Assembly (NCBI GenBank): GCA_051362555.1
Contig: CM120649.1
Coordinates: forward strand, 4,898,001 to 4,962,000
Direction: 5' to 3'
Length of the DNA stretch: 64,000 bases
From: Lingula anatina
Lineage: Eukaryota > Animalia > Brachiopoda
The translations under genes and the position numbers were made by a program. Shown piece after piece: positions 1-12,479 of this stretch. The notes beneath the pieces were generated by a model. That model was not told where the DNA came from. It ran no database searches and worked only from the letters and a program-made list of their open reading frames with translations. Each line of letters opens with the position of its first letter. Position 1 is the stretch's first letter.

Positions 1-732
1 AAATCCAACATACCAACAGTTTTTTCGCTTTGTAAACGTTTTTGTTTCTACTTAAACTTTCTTAAAATGCCATTAATTGATGCTTTATATGTGGTTTAAA
101 GAGCCAAAAACTTTAACCTGAAACTCTTCTCAATCCGAAAGAATTTATTAATTGCACGCTTCAACATAAGTCAGAGACGTGATGGCGTCTTTAAGAATGC
201 GCCATGTCGTCTAATGTCATTCCTTGCATTATATTGGTTGTCGCTTTCTCTTTCATTGCCTTTAACCGGTCTCATTTGATGTTAACCTCTATCAGCATTT
301 ATCTCAGTGACATTTAACTCTTCTTAATAAAGTTATTACAATCAATTTTAATGCTCACCACAATACATTATATTACCTATCATAAGTCTGTGATGTCTTT
401 GGCGCACAAAGCGCCATGTATATACAATATGTACAAATATGGCCCATTTTAATTATTTTTTAAACCATAAGCATTTGCGCTGCAAAGCGATAATAAAATA
501 TTTTGATTTACAGATTCGCATATATATAAATAAATGTTTGTTGTCCTCCTTTGGCTCTTCGAAGTTAGCTACGTTAAAGATGTTATAGAGTATTTTGAAA
601 CTCACTGCCATTTCGAGCCCAAAAATTAAAAAAAAATAAATAAAGCTGGAAATTATAACATTTAAACACATTGCGGATACTGTAGGTAAAGACAGAAAAA
701 CATCCTTCTTAATATCACTTCAAAAATCCATG

Positions 733-861
733 CTGCAGACAATTTTAGCAAAAGTAATATTTGATATGCAAATTTTTTTGCTGTGTAACAGCAAATCCAA
801 ACTGCAGACAATTTTAGCAAAAGTAATATTTGATATGCATATTTTTTTTTGCTGTGTAACA
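733..861. repeat. ~70-bp tandem repeat, 2 copies
   Basis: tgcagacaattttagcaaaagtaatatttgatatgca...gctgtgtaaca occurs twice; it explains the overlapping spurious ORFs at 662-915. Confidence 0.9.
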
Positions 862-1340
862 TTACTTTTCTTGGCAAAATTACTAATTCCAAGTGTTAAA
901 CTTTTCCACATCTAAATATAAAAAATACCAAATTCTCTCAAACTTCAAGATCACTGTAAACTACTTATCTAAGTAGGTGAACAACATTTCTATTAAATGG
1001 CAAAATCTTATAGTCAAAAGTAAGTGGAAATGGTGGAAAAATTACCTATTTTGGTTTGAATCACGAAAATACTGATGACACCATTACAGAGATTCCATGG
1101 CTTAGATTTTAGACCAACCCAAAGACAAATACTTCTAAAGATCTCGAAACAATTTTGTTGCCCTTGCCCATACGAAGTCCGATAATAAAACACGTCAATA
1201 GTCAAAGAACATCCAATCCATTCCTAATTTCAAAACTGTATGTCCTTGTGCACAATATTTGACGAAAGATAAAAATCCGGAGACAAATGACGACAGAAAA
1301 AACAGTCCATTCATAGTTTCAGAGACGCAGTACACGCACT

Positions 1341-1807
1341 CTACACGTGCAAGTTCTCGCAGATGTAGGAGTTGGCGGTGGAACACACCCCGTCGTTGAT
1401 TCCTGCAATACGTCCTCTCCAGAACCTCAGCTCCACGCAGTTCTCGTTGTTGTTATGGTTGTTGGGCTCTCCTGGCAGCCACTGGCAGTAACTGAAGTCA
1501 AATCCTGTAAAAAATGTAATAATATATTAAAAAATAATTAAAAAAAAAACAAAAAAACATGTAGGCCTATTCATTCAAAGACTTAAGATCTAAATGGATA
1601 CTGTGAAGCTTTGTCGGATACTTTTGTCAAAGACGAGTATATGCACTTTTGCTTTATCTTATAACTTTTGCATCGATTAATCTAATGACTTTAAAAGATG
1701 TAATTAATCAATCATTCAATATACAGATAATTAAAATCAATATGTTTGTCTTTTAGTTTATATCCAAGCTCAACAAGTTTTCCCATAAGAAAGAGAGACA
1801 GAGACCA

Positions 1808-1839
<32 letters not shown>

Positions 1840-4800
1840 GGTATCACCTACCGGTTCCCCAGTAAAATTGTCTGGATACTTCTATCGGATTATCAAGTGA
1901 TTTGGAAATCTCCTCAGCGTTTTCCATTCTGCGCCCTGACGTCCAGAATTTGCTGAAACCGCCTTAAATTAAATAAAGATAAATAAACAAATAAATTAAA
2001 AATAATCAGAATTCACCGTTTCAGCTCGATTCCATGATTGCTTTTGATATGACTACGTCGAAGAACTAATCCCCCTCGGAGAAAATTCCACTGTCACAAT
2101 TTGTTATTATTATTAAATATTCAGCATTTATTATCCGTAGCAAATATTCGTTACTCAAATTATGTCCAAATAAATTACCCACTGCATAATAATATCTCAT
2201 GGAGTTGTTTCTTATCTTTTAATTCCTTTTTACATATTAATTGTGTTTGCATATCTTCCTATGTCTACATGTAATGGTAAAAATCCCTATCCGAAATTGA
2301 CTTAACATTAACTAATACACCCTTTAAAGTGGACGGCGTCCTTTCTGCTTCCTTTGTGAGACCATGAAACTGGCATCACTGTGGTCGTTGAAAGGTAGCA
2401 CAAGCATCGCTTTGGTTGCAAAATGAATGCTCAATGATCGGCCAGTTGTCGGCACGTGAAGTATGTTTTTTACTCACAAAAAGGGCCGCACTACGTGATG
2501 CAGAAAGGACGCCGTCCAGCGTAAAGGGGGCTTTAATACAGAGAGATACGTACCGCCGTTAAGATCCAAGTACTGTGTGACAAGGGCCAGTTCTCGCGCA
2601 CTTTCAATACTGATCAGGTCGGCACCGCCGTTAGCGAAGCAGTCTGCGCGTGCGTCAGCCCAAGACTTGGCCTGGCTTACGAAGCGGTAACAGTAGTCTC
2701 CCAACTTCACGAAACCATCGGGACAGCCTGGAAGTGACAGGTCACCAAAATAATGAACGGTTCATACGGTTTATTTCTACTGTACTAGTAAAAAGAAATG
2801 ATAATATGAAGTGTTTATGCTTGTGGACGTAAAAAAAATAATAAAATAATAATTGAAAACTAAATCTAAAATATGGAATTCAATTGATGTATGACATATT
2901 AATAAAAAAGGTAATAAAAATAAAAAAGAATAACTACTAATGAAGGGTTGTAAAAGTATGCCGGAATTGCCAAATGATTTTTGTGTTTTACATATTTTTG
3001 GTACTTTTGCATTTTATTCTTTATATTTACAAATCCTATTCAACGAATTACTGATGCAATTTCCGATATTGCTCGAGGTCTCGAGTTTTATCACAAATTC
3101 CAACAAATATTTTGCGAGATTTAGAGGAGAGAAGAGTCAGAAATAATGGCAGACTAGTGAGTTCAGGGTGGTACTGAACTAAAACTTGCATAATTTTCCC
3201 CCGAATATCTTTTCGGTTATTCACGCAACAGCAATTATTTAGTTATATTTTAATAGTTTTGTGTGTTACTTTTTGCTTGTAAAGACGAAATCCCCGATTA
3301 TAATAAAGTTTCACCTTTGCTGCTGAAAGGTTTGTTCCATCTCTCGGAGATTCTCGCGCATATTTTATGACGTAGTCTCAAAAGCCTCGTTTTAGGCTTT
3401 TTCGGAAAATGTTCAATCTTATCGTCTGCACACGTGTGAAGACTTATTTAAAAAATGCATAGGAGATGGTTTTAAATTTAAATAGTTTAGCTTTGATATT
3501 TTAATCGTGCTGTTTCTTATTTTTTTCAAAGTCTCAACTCATGGCCAATATTTAGTCGCTGCTGTGTGTGTGTCTTTAATTATATCATTTATCTTTTCAG
3601 TTTTATTCAGTTGTAAATGATCTATTTGCTTATTTACTTTTTTATTCAGTAGTATAATCAATCCCTCCCGTTTTTTATATAATTTGAATTAAGCACAAAA
3701 GAATAGCTGTCTGCGCAAGGTGAATTTGCATGAAATGCAAGAACTCGTTCAATAAAGCGGATTTAACATTGTTCAAGAATTAGGCTTTTTGAACTGAGAA
3801 ACGAAAAAAATAAGCCAGTCTATTCCGCTAAACAAATTCTTTTTGTATTTTGGAGCTCAGAAACCCCACTAATGATTGTCTATAGAAGTAGAAAGATCGG
3901 TAGGAATATGAGCTCCTCTTAAACGTTACCACAAAACTCCACAAACGCATAGCGACGCTGAAATTACCCAGTCACGATTCATACAGACACTTTAACGTGT
4001 ATATATAAAGCTATTAAATGTTATACAAAGCGATATAGTCCATTACGTTACAATGGTAACGCGTAGAGCAGCTCTAAGTTCAGTTAATAGCGATGTTTAT
4101 GTTTTTCAGGACACATTATGCGGAACATTTAACGTGCAATATTAAAGAATAGTATCATTTAGTCATGCAGGGTGTGTCTGCGGGCCTGCTGTAGACTATT
4201 CCTTAAAACCCCGATGACTCAAACGATGTAACCTTCCTAAATGTACAACGGGATCTGTTAGACAAAAGTAACATTAATTTAAATAAATAAGTAAATAATA
4301 AATAAAGTTTTACAATAAAAGACAACAACAACAATAATGGAAACGATAATGATGTCTTCTAAAAGTGGAAACTATATGAACGATTATAGCCCATAATTAA
4401 TATAATTGTTACATTTATTTAAAGGGTTATAGTCATCTCCAGAGCAATACCATTGTCGCATGAATTTGTTCCAATGAGTTAATGAAAAGACTCATCAAGA
4501 CGTGGTGAGTGGCATTTTATTTTCTTTGCAAAAGGCAACTTTGGCGACCAAGACCCATATCTATGTTAAAAACGATATTTGGCTTAAAACCTTACGTGAA
4601 AGAGGCCCCAGTCAGCGATCAAAACCTGCACCCGTGTTTTGTATCACGCGCTTAAACCGTGCTCGGTTAACCAGCCATCAAGGTTTAAATGCCTCATCCC
4701 TGGGAACATTAAGCCTCACATTTAAAGATTACCTATATTCAAAAAATGTGTAAGGTGCCTGCCTGTGGTTGACTGGCTGAGCACTTTGTGTTACTGATTC

Positions 4801-6536
4801 CATGGTACAATTTGGGCCATTTCAGAAGCTTAATTTCTGCATTAAGATATCTTGACCCAATAAGGTGTTGGAATTCATATGTTAGGTGTCACATAAGGTC
4901 ATAAAGTGGTATGAGAGGTATGAGAGGGTGAGCAAAGATTTTAATGTTTTAAAGTCTGCCTAATAGGCCCCTACGCATTAAAATATAACAGACATTTTTG
5001 ACGTGTTTCATAGACAAAAGTACGCTCAAGGAATGTCTACTTGCCCCCCCCCCCCCCTTCAACAAACACACCAACCCCCTACCCCACCAAAAAAGCTGTA
5101 ATAAATTTGAGCGAATGCTGTATACTGAGGTATGCTCTCAGAGCAAAAATCTGATTCTTACTTTTTCAATTAAGTATATGCACTTAATCTTAGTCTATTC
5201 ACCACTGTGGGGGTGCATTTGGCTACAATATTTTCTCTCCACCAGTCTATTTTCAAGCTCAAGTCCATGATTTGTGTTTAATTCACGTAAAACATTCGTT
5301 TCTGATGCTTATTTTTCCATTAGGTTTGCAGTTAACGTCAGAACGTAACGTAAATTAGGAAGACCGACCAACAGAAAGACTTTCATGACGTCACTAGAAG
5401 CACCTGACTTATCTTAAAACCCCATTTTCTGAATGTGAAATGCTCCTTAAGAACTTTGCAGAAGTCTCCACTTACTGGTTTTTAAGGACCCTCTAAAACC
5501 CGATAAATGAAGGTCGGGTACATATTGATCAGTTACACAGACATTTTTATACTGATATTATAATGTCTGAATACGTACATGTACCGCAAAAAAAGAAATA
5601 AAACGCCCCTTAATAGTCATTTTCTGTTTAATTACCACGTCTTATCAAATGTATCTCAAAATCTGAACACGAACTACAAAACCGCGGGAAAGTCGTTTAC
5701 AAGTTTTGCCGAACCATTTCTAGCACAAATAAGATGTTTGTATTCATAACATGATGATTCATGAAATATGTACCTTTTTTGGAGAAAAATCGTCTGATTC
5801 AGTTAATGGGAGTCGGAAGACAGGTCATAATTACCTTAAAGCAGGCAAAAGTTATCCATTTTCCGTAGGTTTTCACCCGAAAATTAAAGAATCGAGTCAA
5901 GGAGCAAAGCAAAAGGGGATATATAGCATACCCTAAGTACTATCCCACATTTAATCAGAAATGTTAACTTTTCAGTGTGGGAGACTGAACCTTACAATAG
6001 TCATATTTGTGTACCACTACATAAGCAACTATCTTTATGTAGACTGTATGTAATTTTGGTTACCTAGAGGGCGTAAAATTTGTACGAGTTTCGCGAAGAT
6101 TTTAATTGGACGGTAGTAATGAAATGCAGTACATAGCAAAGGGAAAGAAATGTTTTCTTATTAAAAAAAAAGATCACACGTGTCAAAGTGATTATTTAGG
6201 CGTGGTGCTCTTTTGTTGCATACACAGTTTGTCTAGTTTTGCTTTTTACTGCGCTTTTTCCGTCTCATTAACCTTTTTACTGTCGATGAAAAGTTAAGTG
6301 GAAGAACCTTAAAGTCGTACAATGATCCCAGAGAAAAAAAACTACCGTGAAAAGACCGAATGTTGAAAGGTTAACTATCCTGTGTTAATTTGAAACTTAA
6401 ATCACCATGTTTCAAATAACCCGTATGTTAGTTTGCACATACCCTCACAGCAACAAGAAGCTCCTGCTTTTGCAGAGGAAAACATCATCATCATCACTCC
6501 AACCATCAGCCATGTTAACGCCTTTAACTCCCTCAT
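1341..6536 (-). CDS. Secreted single-domain C-type lectin (EPN, mannose-type), ~180 aa, 4 coding exons
   Basis: Exons 6443-6536 (or alternative 7309-7399), 2554-2727, 1852-1962, 1341-1504. All introns are GT-AG and phase 1; total 543 nt. Translation: MRELKALTWLMVGVMMMMFSSAKAGASCCCEG-CPDGFVKLGDYCYRFVSQAKSWADARADCFANGGADLISIESARELALVTQYLDLNGG-GFSKFWTSGRR...FYWGTG-FDFSYCQWLPGEPNNHNNNENCVELRFWRGRIAGINDGVCSTANSYICENLHV*. Long-form CTLD cysteines, EPN motif, and IND in place of WND. Confidence 0.92.
2320..2529. mobile_element. MITE with ~30-bp terminal inverted repeats in a lectin intron (CCC...GGG, piggyBac-like ends)
   Basis: tggacggcgtcctttctgc (2330-2348) is the exact reverse complement of gcagaaaggacgccgtcca (2500-2518), flanked by cccttta and taaaggg. 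No intact TTAA target-site duplication. Confidence 0.65.
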
Positions 6537-7460
6537 ATTATTTCCTTTTGCTGCTCTCCCGTGGAATTAAATCCACACACGAGGACTTTCGGTGACTTGC
6601 TGAGGTTTTGATCAGTTCAACAGACAGTTTTATACTGATACATATATTGTAATGTCTAGATACGTACATCAAAAAAGAAATAAAACGCCCCTTAAGAGTT
6701 ATTTTCTGTTTAATTACATTATATACCATGTGTCATCAAATGTTTCTTAAAATCTAAGCACGAACTACAAAACCACGGGAACGTCGTTTACAAGTTTTGT
6801 CTAACCATTTCTTGCACAAATAAGATGTTTGTATTCACACTGCGATGACTCATGAACTCCGTACGTTTGGGGGGGAAATTGTCTGATTTATTCGATGGGA
6901 GTTGTAAGATATAGCGGCATTACCACAAAGGAGGTAAAAATATCCATTTAGAGTATCATAGGACGATTTTTTTTATTTATCTATACCTTACAAGAGCATG
7001 GATACTGATTTGAAAAGAAGTGAAGTTCGTTAAGTTATTTAGGCGGGGTGTTCTTTTTGCGTTCCTCGTATGGCTATTTATGTTTATTACAGGAACTATT
7101 CAGCAATATTTTCTCTCCTTAGCAATTTTTACCTATCGATTAAAATTCTATGAACCAGTTTAGCTGAAGAGCGTTCAAGTCGCACAATGATCCCAGAGAA
7201 AAACAAAATTACCGTGAAAGACCTTAGATTGAAAGGGTAATGACCCTGAGTTAATTTAAAACTTAAATCATCATGTTTCGAATGAGTTGTAAGTTAAATT
7301 GAACATACCTTCACAGCAACATGAATCTGCTGCCTTAGCAGAGGAAAACAACATCATCACTCCAACTACCAGCCATGTTAACGCCTTCAACTCCATCATT
7401 TTCCTTTCTTTTGCTACTTTCCCGTGGAGTTAAATCCACATACGAGGACTTAAGGTGATT
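5535..7460. repeat. Diverged tandem duplication (~1.07 kb and ~0.85 kb units) carrying the lectin first exon
   Basis: Collinear blocks at ~5535-6600 and ~6618-7460. Shared strings include aaaaaagaaataaaacgcccctta, cacgaactacaaaacc, caatgatcccagagaaaaa and aaacttaaatca. Confidence 0.9.
7309..7399 (-). CDS. Duplicated alternative first (signal-peptide) exon of the C-type lectin
   Basis: Encodes MMELKALTWLVVGVMMLFSSAKAADSCCCE followed by G|gtatgt (phase 1). Paralogous to 6443-6536 and splices in frame to the acceptor at 2727. Confidence 0.8.
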
Positions 7461-10400
7461 TGCTGAAGTTTTGGCACGCCGCTTCTCTCCAAGCCCAACC
7501 TATGTCTCTCTCCGCCGAAAAACTAACCCCGAACCCGCCAAGTGCCGACTGCGAAGTGAGATGTCACGCCTCTGCTGAATCTGACTGCAATATAAATGGT
7601 CGTTTTTGGGAAATTATAGGAGATGGGTTACCCCGGACAACCTTTATTCCACCACAGGTACTCTGCGTGTGTTCAAACTATACTAAAGTAGACCGATTCC
7701 AATTCTATAAAAATGAGGAAAGGAGTCACGTAAAACTATGCTCACGGCCTCTTTTGTTTATTTTTTTTTACCCTCGAGTAAAATAAGGATATTATGGGCT
7801 CTGATACATGTAACAACGAGGATTGCTAGCGACAGTTAAATCATATTAGATACAGTCTTTTGTGCACTGGACCGCCTTATTTTCTTTCATTTTTCATGTA
7901 AGAACATTTCCGAACCATTCCCCTGGCATCACACACTGCGGTCTAACCTTGACGTGGGCATGTAAATGCATTCATTACAGCAATATCATCTGATCTTTTG
8001 GTTTACGAGACGGTGCAAACAAAAATACAAAGTTCTCTTAGTATACTTATATACATTTCCTCCAACAATTTCCACAAATTTCCCCCTTGGAAGATATAAC
8101 CCCGATATGTGAGGATGTAGACGACTTAATAGGCAATTAGGAATAAATGTTTTTCTCTTAGACGTGAGTAGAATTAACGCTCTTCCACATACAGGGAAGA
8201 GGCGTAAAAAGAACATGATAATTGTTTTTTGGCATTCCACGGCCACGAATAGGCCTATAGCGTATTTTCAGAGTCACATCTAGTTATTCAATAATTATCA
8301 TATTAAAATATGTCATAAAAAAGACATTCTAATAAAACTACACGGTCTAATTGTTTTATGGAAGGTTTGCAATAGTGTAAGTGGTTAAAGATTTATGATG
8401 CAAGCCCTGTTATGTATAGCAGTAGGCATACAGTGTACCTACAGTAGGCCTATACAGTTTGACAGGCAGAACAGGGAAGGGAAGTGGGTGAGGGATGAGA
8501 GCGAGGCTACCTCGTTTTCAAACTAAAATGGCGCATTTCAACCCCGCCCGTTCCCAAGAGACGTACTTCGACTGCCACGAAAGCATCTGTCTCGTGTCCA
8601 TTACCGCTTATATGAATAGCCCTTATGATTTCCAAATATTTTTTTTTCAGTCTGGATGGAAGAAATTGGACCAATCTAGTCGTGGTATCTCGGGAATACC
8701 GGATTCACGAAGAGGACAGAGCTGACATGTGCCTCTTCCTTACCTTCGGCCGTACACCCGCTTGGTACACATGTACACTTCTTATTCTCAAAAAAGTATA
8801 CACGAGCCAAATGAGACAAAACCACACTTTTCTGCCATCTATATACCTTATGTGTTACGATAACAAACATAGCGCGTTCTGTTTTATGTTTGAGTGGCTT
8901 TCATTCATGCACTTCCATGCCTCACTCAACCGCTAGGAAAATCCTAGATCCGGCAGAATTAGACCATTAATTCCTTTGGTATGCTTGAGATTTAGTCTGT
9001 GTTCTCGACATTAAACATAAAACTTCAGCACATAAAGAGACACATTTCTTCAGTCGTCAAGGTTGTCTGTCTATATCAGCGGTATGTGTAAGTTTACTGG
9101 TGGGTGACAGCATTGGGTCAGGGTTTCTCCCCTAACAGGATCCCCCCTCCCCCCCCAAAAAAAAAAAAAAAAAAAATTTTTTTAGCAATTCACGATTCAT
9201 TTAATTGCCTATCTATTTAGCTGTTTACTTGTTGTTTAATTTATTTTTCAGCTTACTAGTTTTTGTTATTTATTTATTTATTCATTAATTTACCAGTCCA
9301 TGTATGGACAGGTATTCCTCAGCAGTATTTAAATTCGATGTCAGCAGACTTACAGAGACACATTAACGTACAAATGCAATTGGAATTCATCATTTTTTAT
9401 TGCGGCATTTTTCCCTTGAGAGTTGAGATTGGACCATGCACCAATTCCCTGGGTTTCAATCCTTGAAAATATCTTTATCATTAATTTTGTAAATACCCAT
9501 TAAGCACTCCTGTTTTCAAGAAAATTTATGAAAGGTTTTTCGTTTCTGTGTTTGCATTGATTCCTTCATTATATGGCTTGGTGTGTGAAGCTGTCCCAGT
9601 TCTTTTTTCTTGACACGAACTCGTCCATTAGAGATGGGCAATATAATTTCTTGTGTTGGCCGCTAAAGTTTTTAACAGAATTTTAGGGCGGCAAATTAAA
9701 ACACTGGTGTGATTTTGGGAACAAAAATCATAGAGGTATGTGTATGTCTCTAAGAATCTTCTCCCAAAAATAATAAAATAAAATAAATTACTTTCCAAAG
9801 CATTTTAACGATTTTCAAATTTAAAAAAAAATCAGTAGCATTATATAAGAGCGTCAAAAGTACCCGACAAGCAGAGCGGGTCACTCTTTAGACGTTATTT
9901 ATTTATTTATTTTATTTATTAATTTTTTTAGCAGTGTCCAGTTGTGGAACTGAACTCGCATTAAAAATTCAAGAAAGTTTTCGAAAGAAAAGGCGACTAA
10001 ATGATAAAAGATACATCACATCTATAAACAAGTGAAAATGAACGGTTAAATGCATTCCTGGTATATTCACTTCAGGTGGTAACAGGTGTATCAATTCCAT
10101 TCTAACAGTTACGCAAAATATTTGGAAACTCTGCAAACATAGCATATGTACCCATGCTAAAAAACAAAAGTATAGATTGGCGTCTCAATAACACGTAATG
10201 ATGGTCACTGTGACTCCAAATGCACATTTAAGAGGCAATATATTAGCATCTTTTCGTTGGTGCAGACGCCTTTTTATGAAACAAACGCATTTCAGACCGA
10301 CTTATTTCAATTTAATGAGTGCAAATACTCGTGAAATTATTTTATCTGTTCGGCGAGATTCCGGTGTGCCCCCAAGTCTCCTAGGCAACAAGATTCAGTT

Positions 10401-10664
10401 CTGATAAACTTACCTTTAAACATTAAGCATTAACTGGTTGGCGCACTTTGTAAACAAATGGGCCCCGGTTCACGAATTATTATTTGCGAAAAAAACAAAA
10501 AAAAAAAAACGTAAGGATGTCGTCGTGCTGGGGTGTTTGTTTGTTATCTGCTTATACATATTTATTTATATTTCCTTTTTATAGGAAGATGGTGGTGTAA
10601 GGAGTACCTCAGACACTTTGGGAAGTTAACACGCCTGCTCTGCCCCTGTAACAAAGCTGAGGGT

Positions 10665-10812
10665 GCGTGTAACAGAAAGTCCGCCCTCCATTTAATTATA
10701 ATGGTTAGGGTTAGCCTGACCTAAGAGGGTCAAAACCTAGGGCGAGGCTTACCTGGACAAATGAATGAAAAGCGGACTCTCTATCATGGAGGACTCTCTG
10801 TCATGTTACACC
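10665..10812. mobile_element. Short unclassified inverted-repeat element with internal GGTTAGGGTTAG
   Basis: gtgtaacagaaagtccgcc ... ggactctctgtcatgttacac; architecture similar to 36598-36770. Confidence 0.45.
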
Positions 10813-11142
10813 CCACCCCATATGAATTCCCCATTGACTATACTATATATACCGTATATATCTTAGGAGTATTGGTTAATTGCCATGGGCACTGTATCGA
10901 AAATGTCAAAAGATGCAAGGTTAAGTAGGGTTTGCAGTCCACTTGGACCCATTTTATGTGTGTGTGATGTAGAGTTAACTGTGATATAAACAACTTTCAA
11001 CATATATATATTTTTTCAATCTGCAAAAACAACCCTATCAAGATGTGCATATACTACGACATGTATATTGTATTTGCTAGGTAACAGTTAATTCTTTACA
11101 ATTTAAAACATATTAATTTAAAAATGAGCTTGTATCGTAGTT

Positions 11143-11144
11143 AA

Positions 11145-11199
<55 letters not shown>
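11143..11199. repeat. (AAAT)n microsatellite
   Basis: Seen directly in the sequence. Confidence 0.95.
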
Positions 11200-11490
11200 C
11201 TGTTGCGGTGTCTTATTAACGTCAAGTGTGATAATTATTTAACTTGCGAGAAAAACGAATGAAAACTTTTAAAAAGTCCTTGTTTAGAGATGGTAAAAGC
11301 ACTTTTAGTTTTTTCAGAAGTAAATATTCATATTGCACATACTTCATAAAATGAAGAATGGATTAATGAAGGTTTTCCCTTTTATTTTCGAAAAAAATTA
11401 ATCTTTATTTCTGTCAATAATGACGTCGTTGTCCTAACACAGACATGCTCATGTCCAAGTAGATTACCACGATAATTTCAACAATCACTG

Positions 11491-11496
11491 TTTATT
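11491..11496 (-). terminator. Candidate polyadenylation signal (AATAAA) of the FAIM-like gene
   Basis: tttatt on the + strand, ~1 kb downstream of the stop codon. Confidence 0.45.
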
Positions 11497-12479
11497 GAAA
11501 ACACATATGCATTTCAAAGACAAATATTCTCAAACATGTATCTTTCACAATGTAGTTGTAAAACTAGAGGAATTAACTTACTACAGTTGTAAAGAGTTTT
11601 GTAAATACAGACATACCAGCAATATAACACAACTCAATTATATACCTTTGATTAAATGTCGTTCTTACAAACGCTGATGACGTCATTTAAGGCGTTGATT
11701 GCTTTGGTTGCGTCATTTTAGAAGTCTTTCTCCATTATGACGTCATAAATGGGATGAATTCTATTTATAATGGCCTCTGTCTCCATTTCATGTATATATA
11801 TATATATATTTTTTACTTTGGACGGAAAATCATTGAGATACTGTAAACATTTTTCATACTAACAAAATTATTTACTTCAAGAACACTTCAAAAAACTTTT
11901 TTTGCTTTTAATGGCACGTTATTGAAATTGGACGGATTAATTTGGACATATTACTCGTAGTTCCAAGGGCAAAAAAATAAGCTTATTTTATCTGATACTC
12001 TCTCTCTCTGGCCTGATTTACTTGTCTGTTCCACTTGTCCTACTCGGCATGCGCACGCACCTACTTATACGCATGTCAATTACATATATATTTATTACTC
12101 AATATGGTACACTCTGTTCCGTATACTTACATTTTTCATAGGTATTTAAGATGCATATTCATACAAATATTTTTTGTTTTAACATTGCCAACATTTAAAT
12201 ATGCAAATTAATAACCATGCAGTCTATATTATTGTCTTAATAAAGGTCATTATGTGATGATTTAAAGATACAAGTTAGTACACTTTGACTTTTGAGAAAT
12301 AAAGGAGCTGATTCATAAAATCAAAACTAATGTAACAATACTAATAAAATGAATATTTAAACTTATTAATACTTTTGAAAACAAAGACTTTGTTACATAT
12401 GGAATTTATAAACATTATACTGTATGTTGAATGCTTTAGATTCTACCAGCAGCGCAATTTCAGAAAATGACGTCATTAT

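Noticed and set aside
733-861. Direct repeats as a possible CRISPR-like array
   Set aside because: Only two copies, no spacer series, eukaryotic context, no cas genes.
8651-8764. Plus-strand exon-like segment after a strong acceptor (LDGRNWTNLVVVSREYRIHEEDRADMCLFLTFGRTPAW)
   Set aside because: No partner exons or recognisable domain found; weak donor.
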